In this document: piece after piece, positions 17,214-25,792 of the stretch | Layout of the letters: every line of letters starts with the position of its first letter | Numbering within the stretch: position 1 is the stretch's first letter | From: an uncultured bacterium | Lineage (GTDB): Bacteria > RBG-13-66-14 > B26-G2 > WVWN01 | Reading direction: 5' to 3' | Assembly: GCA_964631855.1 (NCBI GenBank) | Contig: CAZWAM010000004.1 | Location: 3,508 to 61,276 of the forward strand | Length of the DNA: 57,769 bases | Notes under the pieces: generated by a model | What the model saw: only the letters and a program-made list of their open reading frames with translations | Database searches by the model: none | What the model was told of the DNA's origin: nothing | Program-made: the position numbers and the translations under genes

Positions 17214-18683
17214 GTGAAGATGCGCTCGGTATTAGGTGTTGTTGTCTTTTTCGCCGCGGGGCTCCCGGCCTTCGCGCAAGAACCCCCTCCCGCGCCAATA
17301 ACCACTCCCACGCCCGTACCCGCGCCCAAGGCCAAAGACTACCCCGCCTTCGACGGCGGCACGCGCATCGAGTTCTACGCGGAGCAGAACGTCTACCGCG
17401 CCTACCTGGCCAACCCCGCGGACTTCACCCTCCTTCAGGAGACCTTCGTCGCGGGAGACTTCGGCGGCGACCTGAGCTTCGGCGGCTTCAGCTACTCGCG
17501 GAACCGCGGCACGGCCGAGCCCGGGCCGACGGAGCCGGAAGACAAGGCCGGCCTCGACGTCTCGTATACCGCGGGCCTGGGGGGCCGGGCATTCGGGGCC
17601 TACCGCCGGGATTTCCTCGTCGCGGGCGGCGCGTTCGACTTCAACCGCGGCGCCGCGTCTTTCGGGTACAACGGCGAGGCGATAACGGTGGACCCCTTCT
17701 TCGCCGCCGACGAGGGCTATAACGATGTCGACCTGGTGAGCCAAAAATACGGCATCACCGCGGTGGCCGCGGCCGCGCTCGAGCCCCACGCCGTCGGCCT
17801 CTCGTTCTCGCTCACACCGGAGCGTATCGAGGGCGACTACGACTTCGAATACCTGCCGCCGACGAGCGAGGAGGGTATACACCGCGTCGAGAGATTGTGG
17901 GGGCGGCGCGAGGTCAAAGACTACTGCATCAAGGGAGGCTACTCGCTCAGGCCGGGGGAAGATTTCGACGTGGGCGGCGCCTTCGGCCTGCGAATACTGC
18001 GAAGCAACCTGGACTGGCGCGACGAAAGCGCGGAAGAAGTGCCCACGGTCATCACGAAGGAGGGGGAAACCGGAACCTTAAAAATGAAGGGGAGCGCCGT
18101 CACCTTGGGCGGCAACGGCCGCTATAAATTACTCGAGAACCTGCGCGTGGGCGGCGCACTCGCGATGGAGTTCATCCCCGGGATTACGATGGATTGGCAG
18201 GGCGAGACCTGGGACCTCGCGGGCCCGTTCGGTGAGCGGGAAATCGAGGACTACCGGCTCGCGAAGGGGAGCGAACGCCACTACGGGTTCGGCGGCGGCC
18301 TGGCCTTTTATCCCGACGAGAAGACGACGTTGGCGTTCGACTACGGTTACGACAGGTTTAGCGCGTCGGCCGAGGTGTACGACGAAGGGCGTTCCGTGGG
18401 TGACGAGCTCGAGTTCAGCTACTATCACACGTTTACGCGGCTGGGCGTCGAACGTTGGATAATCGACGACCTCGCGGCCAAAGTGGGCTGGGAACAGGAC
18501 CTGTTCAGCTACCCGCGCAACGTCTTCTTCGGCGGCCTCGCTTACAAGTTCGACGACGATTGGTTTATAAACTACGATTATAGAGGAGGTCAATTAACGG
18601 TCAATAACCTATCGCTATTCGTGCCCTTCGACGACGTGGTCAAACCGGCCAGCCACCGGTTCACGGTGGTCCGGTACTTTTAG
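17214..18683 (+). CDS. Large outer-membrane beta-barrel protein, function unknown
   Basis: 489 aa. Signal peptide (VVVFFAAGLPAFAQE), a Pro-rich linker, many short amphipathic strands, C-terminal ...HRFTVVRYF. The start could be ATG 17220, with GAGG 5 nt upstream. Confidence 0.65.
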   Translation: MKMRSVLGVVVFFAAGLPAFAQEPPPAPITTPTPVPAPKAKDYPAFDGGTRIEFYAEQNVYRAYLANPADFTLLQETFVAGDFGGDLSFGGFSYSRNRGTAEPGPTEPEDKAGLDVSYTAGLGGRAFGAYRRDFLVAGGAFDFNRGAASFGYNGEAITVDPFFAADEGYNDVDLVSQKYGITAVAAAALEPHAVGLSFSLTPERIEGDYDFEYLPPTSEEGIHRVERLWGRREVKDYCIKGGYSLRPGEDFDVGGAFGLRILRSNLDWRDESAEEVPTVITKEGETGTLKMKGSAVTLGGNGRYKLLENLRVGGALAMEFIPGITMDWQGETWDLAGPFGEREIEDYRLAKGSERHYGFGGGLAFYPDEKTTLAFDYGYDRFSASAEVYDEGRSVGDELEFSYYHTFTRLGVERWIIDDLAAKVGWEQDLFSYPRNVFFGGLAYKFDDDWFINYDYRGGQLTVNNLSLFVPFDDVVKPASHRFTVVRYF

Positions 18684-18719
18684 GGGCGCGAGGGGGCCCT
18701 GGGCGATAAAGGAGCAATC

Positions 18720-19757
18720 ATGAAGAAGACGGCGATAATGACGGTAATCGTGGCCGCGGGCTTGATGGGCTGCGGCTCGGACGATGGTCCGGTGGGGCCG
18801 GCCGACGTCGTCTACTGGGACGTCGCGTGGTCGTCGCCGGATACGGTCTTAACCGATATCGAAATGCTGGGCGAGAAATCGGGTTGGGCGTGCGGCTACC
18901 GCTACAACGAAACGACGGGAACGTACGACGGCCTGATCTACCGTTACGCCGGCGATACCTGGGACGTGGCACTCTTCATGCCGGCGGAAATGGGCGCCAA
19001 GCTGATGGCGATCGACTTCTTGGCGGGAAACGACGGCTGGGCGGTGGGGAACCGCGTAGGCGAAGGCATCGAAATGCCGGTCGTGCTTCACTACGACGGG
19101 GAGGCGTGGAACGAGGTCTTTGCCGAGGGTTTGACCAGCGGCCCCCTGAAGCTTTTGGCCGCGGTCGGAGAGAACGACGTCTGGGTATCGGACGGCTTCG
19201 ACTCCTTCCACTACGACGGCATTTGGTGGAACTGGTTCCCGCTGGCCGCGGGGACGGGCGTCGACAGGTGGGTCTTCCCGAACGCACAAACCGGCTGGGC
19301 GGTCAGCTACACTAGCGGCTATTGCTACCGGTGGGACAACGTGCTCGGCTTCTGGGTTTTGGAACCGCAACCGCTCTACGACGCGACGGCGTTCCATTTC
19401 CGGGCCGACGGCTCAGGCGTCTACGCCGATTACGCGAACACGCCGCCGGTGGCGGAACGGGCGAACATCTACTGGCGGGAAGCGGCCGAGGCGCCGATCT
19501 ACCGAAGGATATACTCCACCGGCGTGCCCCGCCAGCTAACGGCGTGCGACTATCTCCCCCCCGACTACTTCTTCTTCGCCGGGCCGAATGCGGCCTTCGA
19601 GGTCGTCGAGGACAACGTAAACCCGCTCGGCTACTTACCGCCGAGCGGCCTGGGCGCCGTCCGGGCCATCAGCATCGCCGCCCGGGGAGACGTCTGGGGC
19701 ATAATGGGGCAGAGCTTGAACGAAGGCCCCTCGTTTATAGTACACAAGGAAATGTAA
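18720..19757 (+). CDS. Lipoprotein with beta-propeller-like repeats (Ycf48/BNR-like, without Asp-boxes)
   Basis: Lipobox AAGLMGC|GS. Recurrent ...GWACGY / GWAVGN / DVWVSDG / GWAVSY ... motifs about 45-50 aa apart. AAGGAG SD sequence upstream. Confidence 0.6.
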   Translation: MKKTAIMTVIVAAGLMGCGSDDGPVGPADVVYWDVAWSSPDTVLTDIEMLGEKSGWACGYRYNETTGTYDGLIYRYAGDTWDVALFMPAEMGAKLMAIDFLAGNDGWAVGNRVGEGIEMPVVLHYDGEAWNEVFAEGLTSGPLKLLAAVGENDVWVSDGFDSFHYDGIWWNWFPLAAGTGVDRWVFPNAQTGWAVSYTSGYCYRWDNVLGFWVLEPQPLYDATAFHFRADGSGVYADYANTPPVAERANIYWREAAEAPIYRRIYSTGVPRQLTACDYLPPDYFFFAGPNAAFEVVEDNVNPLGYLPPSGLGAVRAISIAARGDVWGIMGQSLNEGPSFIVHKEM

Positions 19758-19780
19758 CCCAGCCCTTCGAGTGAACAAAG

Positions 19781-19808
19781 GCTGACGCTCAGCGCGTCGG
19801 CTTTTTTT
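19781..19808 (+). terminator. Intrinsic terminator
   Basis: gctgacgc (19781-19788) pairs with gcgtcggc (19794-19801) with one G-T pair; followed by T7 (19802-19808). Confidence 0.6.
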
Positions 19809-19840
19809 ACGAAAAATCGTCGCGGCAGAATAGGCGGAGG

Positions 19841-20866
19841 TCATTCCCCCGCCATTATGCCGTCGTAGACGGCGCGGGCGTCGCCCTCGTCGCGGGCGCC
19901 GTACAGGAGCGCGCGGCCGTCGCCGAACATCACCACCGATACGCCGCCCGCGGCAATTAACAAAAGGCCGTGGGATTTTTTCACCAGGTAACGGCGGGAG
20001 AGGCGGTCGGCCGTTTCGTCCAGATTCGGCCTTACGCCGCCTCCCGGGAAAATCTCGAAGGCCCGTCCGCCGCAACAACGTCCTACGTAAACGGGGACCC
20101 TTCCCTCGAGAAAATGAAACTCGCGACGGCCACAGGCCGGACAGTCCTCGAGCCGCTTCACGGTAATTGTGGCAACGCGCCCCGGCTCCTCGAGCCGGCT
20201 CAGCCGACCGGCCACGGCGTCGCCCTCGCCCCTTAACAAGGCGAAGGTTAAACCGGCGCCGAGCGCCGCCGTCGCGGCCACGACCGCGGGCGATACCCCC
20301 ACCCGGGCGCAGGAGCCGGCGTCGTCCGCGTCCGCAAGCGAGGGCAACAAACAACGGAGGCAAGGCCCCACGCCCGGGACGACGGCCATCGCCGCGCCGC
20401 GCCGCCCCTCGGCCCCCTGATAGACCAAAGGCCGGCCGGCCTTCACGGCGACGTCGTTTAGCAAGAAGCGGAGGCGGAAGTTATCCGAACAATCGACGAG
20501 CACGTCCAAACCCGCGGCGAGCTCGGATATGTTGTCCGCGTTCGCGAAAGCGACCACGGCCTCGGCGGTCACGTCGCCGTTGATCTCGGCCAGGCGGCGC
20601 GACGCGGCCTCCGCCTTGGGCACGGGTTCCGCGGCGTCCCGCTCGTCGAACAGTTGGGTCCGGTGCAAGTCCAACGCGTCGACGATGTCGCGGTCCACGA
20701 GGCGGAGGTACCCGACGCCGGCGCGCGCGAGTATTTGCGCGTGGGCGGCGCCCGTCCCGCCGACGCCGAAGATGCCTACGCGACCCGCGCGTACGCGGGC
20801 CTGCGCCCTCTCACCCCAAAGTACCTCCTGGTAGCGGTACTTCTCCGTCGGGCGCGTCGTTCTCAA
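19841..20866 (-). CDS. ThiF/MoeB/HesA-family E1-like adenylyltransferase with an extra ~90-aa C-terminal domain
   Basis: YRYQEVLWG..., GIFGVGGTGAAHAQILARAGVGYLRLVDRDIV (nucleotide-binding fold), and two CxxC pairs (CLRC, CPAC). An uncharacterised tail follows: ...VYVGRCCGGRAFEIF...GVSVVMFGDGRALLYGARDEGDA... The TTG start overlaps the radical-SAM gene's TGA stop (TTGA). Confidence 0.8.
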   Translation of the reverse strand: MRTTRPTEKYRYQEVLWGERAQARVRAGRVGIFGVGGTGAAHAQILARAGVGYLRLVDRDIVDALDLHRTQLFDERDAAEPVPKAEAASRRLAEINGDVTAEAVVAFANADNISELAAGLDVLVDCSDNFRLRFLLNDVAVKAGRPLVYQGAEGRRGAAMAVVPGVGPCLRCLLPSLADADDAGSCARVGVSPAVVAATAALGAGLTFALLRGEGDAVAGRLSRLEEPGRVATITVKRLEDCPACGRREFHFLEGRVPVYVGRCCGGRAFEIFPGGGVRPNLDETADRLSRRYLVKKSHGLLLIAAGGVSVVMFGDGRALLYGARDEGDARAVYDGIMAGE

Positions 20867-22311
20867 CGCGTGCCCCCTATAAGGTGCCGCAAGAACCGGC
20901 GACCCGAACGCCAGGTCCGTTTCAACTCCGCCGGCCTTGTGAGGACTTGCGCAAATTTACGCGCGAGGTAACCGAAAGAGAGATAGAACTCACGACGCGC
21001 GCGGTCGCAAAACGCCACGAGCTCCGACGCCGGGAGGTCGGGACGGTCGATAACGCAGTTGTGTTGGCCCTCCGGCGTCAACCAATCGGCGAAAGAATCG
21101 GCCCGGAGGAAACCTCGCTCCTCGGCCCAGCGGTAGAGCGCCGTGCCGGGGTAAGCCATCACCGGGAAGAATTGCGCGGTATCGGGCCGCAGCTCCTTCG
21201 CGAACGCCAGCGTCTCCTCCATCGTCCGCCGCGTCTCGCCCGGGTTGCCGACCATGAAGCAGCCGTGTATCATAATCCCGGCCTTCGCCGCGTCCCCGAA
21301 GAACCGTTCGACGCGCGCGCGGTCGATCCTCTTGTTCATGCTGCGGAGCATCTCGTCGCTGCCGCTCTCGACGCCCACGCACAACAGCCTACATCCGGCG
21401 CGCTTCATCAGCTTGAGCGTCTCGAGGTCGAGGTCGCAGCGGGCGTTCGCGCTCCACTTAAGGCCGAGGTCCGCCTCCGCTATCGCCGCGCAAAGCCGCC
21501 TCGTACGTTCGCGCTCGACGGAAAACGTATCGTCCTCGAACATGACCTCGCGCACGTCGGGCCAGGTCCGCTTGATGAACCGCAACTCCTCCACGACCGC
21601 GGACACGGCCCGCGGCCTATACGAATGGCCGGAGAAGGTCTGGGGGTAAACGCAATATATGCAGTAATTGGGGCAACCGCGCGCGGAAAGTATCGTCACG
21701 ATGGGATAGAGGCTGTGGGCATAAAAATAGTTGTGGACGTCGAGGAAGCGGGCATAAGTTTCGGACACGAAAGGCCACCGGTCCGGGTCCTCGGCTTCCC
21801 GGTCGGGCCCGGCCGTGACCCCGCCGTCAAGCCGCCACGTAACGCCGGGAGCGGTGCCCGGGTTAACGCCCTCGGCCAACGCCTCCGCGAGCTCGAGCAC
21901 GGTCCCCTCGTACTCGCCGCGAAGCACGCCGTCGAGCCACGGGTATTCCGCCAGCGTCCGCTCGGCAAGCACGGAGACGTGTGGGCCGACGAGCACCACC
22001 CTGAGACCCGAGCAGCTCTCCTTAAGCAACCGCGCGACGCGGGCGTCGTTCGCGACGCTGGGCGTGCTCGCAGCTATAACCGCGAGTTCGAACTCTCGCG
22101 CAGCCGCGTCCTCGACGACGCGCTCCAGCCGCCAACGGCCGTCGGCGGGAGCGTCGACCAGCGTCACGTCGTGGCCGGCTTGAATTGCCGCGCCCGCGGC
22201 GTAGGAAAGCCACATCGGGTAGTAGATCGTCCCGCTCTTGGTCACCGCCGGGCTTCGCTGTTCGCGGGAGAATTTGGGAAGGAAGGGGGGATTTAAGAAA
22301 AGTATTTTCAC
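20863..22311 (-). CDS. B12-binding-domain radical SAM enzyme (class B)
   Basis: 482 aa. N-terminal MKILFLNPPF...YYPMWLSYAAG...ASTPS looks like a B12-binding domain. The radical SAM cluster motif is ARGCPNYCIYCVYPQ (CxxxCxxC). Later: FEDDTF and VGVESGSDEML. From memory it resembles HpnJ-like lipid-modifying members; not verified. Confidence 0.85.
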   Translation of the reverse strand: MKILFLNPPFLPKFSREQRSPAVTKSGTIYYPMWLSYAAGAAIQAGHDVTLVDAPADGRWRLERVVEDAAAREFELAVIAASTPSVANDARVARLLKESCSGLRVVLVGPHVSVLAERTLAEYPWLDGVLRGEYEGTVLELAEALAEGVNPGTAPGVTWRLDGGVTAGPDREAEDPDRWPFVSETYARFLDVHNYFYAHSLYPIVTILSARGCPNYCIYCVYPQTFSGHSYRPRAVSAVVEELRFIKRTWPDVREVMFEDDTFSVERERTRRLCAAIAEADLGLKWSANARCDLDLETLKLMKRAGCRLLCVGVESGSDEMLRSMNKRIDRARVERFFGDAAKAGIMIHGCFMVGNPGETRRTMEETLAFAKELRPDTAQFFPVMAYPGTALYRWAEERGFLRADSFADWLTPEGQHNCVIDRPDLPASELVAFCDRARREFYLSFGYLARKFAQVLTRPAELKRTWRSGRRFLRHLIGGTR

Positions 22312-22332
22312 CGCGTTGACGCGCCAAGGGCA

Positions 22333-23049
22333 CTAGTCGGGTAAAGCGGAAAAAATAAACCGACCGCAAGATTCACATCTGTAGAGCTTGCTGCCGGATC
22401 GCAAATCGGCCACGACCTTTGCCGGTATGTTTACGTAACAACCCTGGCATACGCCGTCGGCGGCTACGGCAAAAGCGCCGCCTTGGTAACGCTCGAACAA
22501 GCGTTTATACCCCGCGCGCACCGGCTGAGACAGCGTCGGTATTAGGCGCTTGCGTTTCTCCTCCACCTCGATCAGCTGTACCTCGACATCCTTCAAGCGC
22601 GCCCTCGCTTCCTCGTTGGCGCGCGTAACTTCGGCCTTTAGTTGCTCGAGCCCCCCGAGGCGCTCGTCGATACTCCGCCGCGTCTTCTCGACGCCCTCCA
22701 AAAGCTCGAGCAGTTTATCTTCCGTACCCGAGATTTGCTCCCTCGTCACCTTGATTTCGTTTTGGAGGCTCTGGTATTCCTTATTCGTTTTGACCGACTC
22801 GAGTTGAACGCGGTATTTCGCCAACAGCTGCGTTTTATCGTCGATCGAAGCCTCGAGGCGGCGCCTCTCACGTTGCTTCTCCTCTAATACTCGTTGTAAC
22901 TTAGCCAACTCCTCTTGCCGGGCGTCAAGGTCGCCATCCCGTTTCTCCACCTCCGCCGGCAACGCCGCGGTGAGAGCGTCCAGCTCCTTCTTGCGCGCGT
23001 CGAGTTCCGACAAAGCTATTAAACACTCGAGGTCGCTTCGTTCATCCAT
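22333..23049 (-). CDS. Coiled-coil protein with C-terminal C4 zinc ribbon (COG1579/DUF164-like)
   Basis: 238 aa. Long heptad-rich region, then ...CQGCYVNIPAKVV...YRCESCGRFIF. Confidence 0.75.
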   Translation of the reverse strand: MDERSDLECLIALSELDARKKELDALTAALPAEVEKRDGDLDARQEELAKLQRVLEEKQRERRRLEASIDDKTQLLAKYRVQLESVKTNKEYQSLQNEIKVTREQISGTEDKLLELLEGVEKTRRSIDERLGGLEQLKAEVTRANEEARARLKDVEVQLIEVEEKRKRLIPTLSQPVRAGYKRLFERYQGGAFAVAADGVCQGCYVNIPAKVVADLRSGSKLYRCESCGRFIFSALPD

Positions 23050-23061
23050 AGCCTCTCACAT

Positions 23062-24267
23062 TCAGCTAAGAAGGTGGCGCAGCCTGAGGACGATCCTGGG
23101 GTTCTTCCAAAGAGCCTTCAAAAACGTCGCGAATATCTCCGACGACTTTATCTTGCTGACGTCCAACTTATCGCGCAATATCGCGACCGTGTCGTCTATC
23201 TCGGAATCTGCCATCGCGAGGATAACACGTCGGACCTTATAATGCTGTTTGTAGCGCCGGCCATAGGTTTCCATCCACTCTTCCTGGTAGCCCCGGAGTT
23301 CCCCCGCCAGGTCGCCGCTCGCCAACCCCCGCCGTATCGCGCGCGCCGCGGATTGCCCCGCCATCAAAGCCTGGCAAATACCTTCTCCCGAGAACGGGTC
23401 CGCCTGGCGGGCCGCGTCGCCCACGAGTGCGACGTAACCGTTCACTATGCTCGGCAAGGGTTTACACGCCGGTACGGCGCCGGTCCGGACGGCGACGACT
23501 TTGGCGTCCGGGAAGCGCCCCGCTACGAACGCGTCGAGGTAATGGATAGGCCCGCGGCCCCGTGCCTCCGTCGGCGTAATGCCGACGCCGACGGTGTGGA
23601 GGCCGTCACCCTTGGGGAACACCCAGGCGTATCCCCCCGGCGCGAAGGAACGGCCTAGAAAAAAGTGGATATAATCCGGCGGGTCTTCGGCGGCGTCGGC
23701 CAAAATGTACTCGGCGCAAACGTCCATGTCGCCCGCCGAAACCGTAGTCGCGAGGCCCGCAGCCCGACCCACCGCCGACTCGACGCCGTCGGCCGCCACT
23801 ACGGCACGACACGAGACCGTACGCCCAAAAAGGCCGTCGTGTGCGACGTCGACCTCGACGACGCCGCCCGTGCAACGAACGTCGCGAGCCTCGGCCTTGA
23901 GGAGCGTCGTCGCGCCCGCCGCGGCGGCACGAGCGAACAGGTCGCGTTCGAATATCTCCCGGTCTAGTATATACCCCACGTTTGCGTAATCGCGGCGAAC
24001 CGTAATGCCCGCCGGCGAGTGCCCCATGCCGCCGTTGACGACGGCACTAACCCATCTCTTATCCAACTCGACGAGCGATTCGAACTTCCGGCGTGGAACC
24101 CCCTCGCCGCAACGGACCGGTCGCCCGACCTCTTTCTTTCGCTCGAGCAGCAGCGTTTTCACGCCGTTGCGCGCCAACGACAACGCCGCGGCCGAGCCCG
24201 CCGGCCCGCCCCCCACGACCACGACGTCGTAGCTTCCTTTTAATACCTCTTCAACGTACGAAGCCAT
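23062..24267 (-). CDS. Geranylgeranyl reductase family flavoprotein
   Basis: 401 aa. YDVVVVGGGPAGSAAALSLARNGVKTLLLERKKEVGRPVRCGEG (FAD fold plus the characteristic xCGEG/xCGG motif), and VALVGDAARQADPFSGEGI. Confidence 0.8.
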   Translation of the reverse strand: MASYVEEVLKGSYDVVVVGGGPAGSAAALSLARNGVKTLLLERKKEVGRPVRCGEGVPRRKFESLVELDKRWVSAVVNGGMGHSPAGITVRRDYANVGYILDREIFERDLFARAAAAGATTLLKAEARDVRCTGGVVEVDVAHDGLFGRTVSCRAVVAADGVESAVGRAAGLATTVSAGDMDVCAEYILADAAEDPPDYIHFFLGRSFAPGGYAWVFPKGDGLHTVGVGITPTEARGRGPIHYLDAFVAGRFPDAKVVAVRTGAVPACKPLPSIVNGYVALVGDAARQADPFSGEGICQALMAGQSAARAIRRGLASGDLAGELRGYQEEWMETYGRRYKQHYKVRRVILAMADSEIDDTVAILRDKLDVSKIKSSEIFATFLKALWKNPRIVLRLRHLLS

Positions 24268-24271
24268 CGCA

Positions 24272-25132
24272 TCACGAAAGGGTTTCCCAGTATACGCCGG
24301 CGAAGAATACGAAAATCAGGAACTTCATCAAACGCGCGGTCGAGCCGGCCAACAACGGATCGGGCTCACGGCGCCGCAGGTTTAATATCGTGTAAATTAA
24401 CACAAGGCCCCCCACGGCCGCCACGAACGCAAGGTTACGCCGGGAATACTCCTCGAGACGGTAAGAAATTACGGACACGGCCACCGCGGCCAGAGCGAAA
24501 GCCCCGGCCACCACTACCGGGAATCGTCCCCCGCCTGCGGCTACGGTCCTTCTCCCCACGAGCTCGTCCGCGCGCCGGTTCTCGACGTCCCGAAAAACAC
24601 TCGCGGCCAAGGCTATCAAACCGCCGACCACGGCGGCGATTATCGCCCGCCCCCCGGCGCCGCCGAACCATAACCACCCGTAACAAACGGGGAAAGCCAC
24701 CACCCCCGCGGCGAGAACGTTTCGAGCGAAATACGATTTGTCGAAAAAATAGTTGATCAACAAAACGAACGCCGCCGTAAAAAGCGCGGCGGCGAAAGGG
24801 CGGAAACCTAAAAAAGCCGCGGCCGTTAACCCAGCCGCGAGCAAGATAAAGCCCAACCACTTCGCTTCGCCGGGGCGAACTAAGCCCCGCGCGATCGGAT
24901 TGCTCGGGTTCGCCAAAACGCGGCTGCGACGGTGGAACCAATCGCCGTTCACGAAAGTGCCCGCTATTACCGTCGCGACCGCGACGGCGCCGAACGTTAT
25001 CGTGCCGCGGGGGGGGCCGCCCGCAAGGCCCGCGCCCAGCAAGGCGCCCGCGAACGCCAAACCCCAATCCGCAGGTCGCATCAAACGCAAAAACGCCAAC
25101 GCCGCGGCGTTAAGGTCCCGTTTACGTGGCAT
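24272..25132 (-). CDS. UbiA-superfamily prenyltransferase-like membrane protein (divergent first Asp-rich motif)
   Basis: 286 aa, about 8 TM segments. The first motif region reads AGTFVNGDWFHRRSRVLANPSNPIARG; the second reads FRDVENRRADELVGRRTVA. Confidence 0.65.
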   Translation of the reverse strand: MPRKRDLNAAALAFLRLMRPADWGLAFAGALLGAGLAGGPPRGTITFGAVAVATVIAGTFVNGDWFHRRSRVLANPSNPIARGLVRPGEAKWLGFILLAAGLTAAAFLGFRPFAAALFTAAFVLLINYFFDKSYFARNVLAAGVVAFPVCYGWLWFGGAGGRAIIAAVVGGLIALAASVFRDVENRRADELVGRRTVAAGGGRFPVVVAGAFALAAVAVSVISYRLEEYSRRNLAFVAAVGGLVLIYTILNLRRREPDPLLAGSTARLMKFLIFVFFAGVYWETLS

Positions 25133-25173
25133 ACCCGCTGCGAACTACCTTAATAAAATCTCCACCTACGCCC

Positions 25174-25779
25174 TTAACGCTTACCCCGGGAGGCCGCAAT
25201 CTTGGCTCGCGTGTAGAATATCCTCTGCACCGCGGTAATATGAGAGAGCACTGCCAGGAGCAACAGCGCTACCAAAGCCCCGTATCCGCCCACCAGGTAG
25301 CCCAAAGCGAGGAGGACCACCCTCTCGGGCCGTTCCATTATACCTACCTTACAACCTTCGATCAAACTCTCGGCCCGGGCCTTGGTATAAGAAACGAACA
25401 CCGACCCGGTTAGAACCAAGACGGTCAGGACGGCCATTAGGCCGTCGCGGGCCGCAGCGTAAAAATAGACTAAACCGGTCAAGTAGGCGGCCTCGCTATA
25501 TCGATCAATAACGGAGTCCATAAACGCGCCGAAAGGACTACCGAGTTCGTTGGCGCGAGCCACGGCGCCGTCCACCATGTCCGCGAAGCCCGCGGCCAGC
25601 ACGAGCAGCGCGCCCACACGCAACCGCCCGAACGCGAATGCTATCCCCGCGGCCCCCGCCAAGGCCAAACCCAGCAACGTGAAAACGCTCGGGCCTATGC
25701 CGAGCCGGCCGATTAAACGGGCCGGCGGATAGAGTATCTTCTTGCTTAACCGCCGGCCTAAGTCGTGAAAAGCTTGCAA
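25174..25779 (-). CDS. CDP-alcohol phosphatidyltransferase family protein
   Basis: 201 aa. Exact signature D-MV-DG-AV-AR-ANELGSPF-G-AFM-D-SVI-D (DxxDGxxAR-x8-GxxxDxxxD). Confidence 0.85.
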   Translation of the reverse strand: MQAFHDLGRRLSKKILYPPARLIGRLGIGPSVFTLLGLALAGAAGIAFAFGRLRVGALLVLAAGFADMVDGAVARANELGSPFGAFMDSVIDRYSEAAYLTGLVYFYAAARDGLMAVLTVLVLTGSVFVSYTKARAESLIEGCKVGIMERPERVVLLALGYLVGGYGALVALLLLAVLSHITAVQRIFYTRAKIAASRGKR

Positions 25780-25792
25780 TTCGCTTAAGTTT

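Noticed and set aside
17093-17335. 80-aa minus-strand ORF overlapping the tRNA
   Set aside because: It covers the tRNA gene and the start of the OMP gene on the opposite strand, so it is not credible.
20884-22296. 470-aa plus-strand ORF opposite the radical SAM gene
   Set aside because: It mirrors the radical SAM ORF almost end to end and has no recognisable motifs. The minus-strand frame carries the CxxxCxxC cluster motif and B12-domain motifs.
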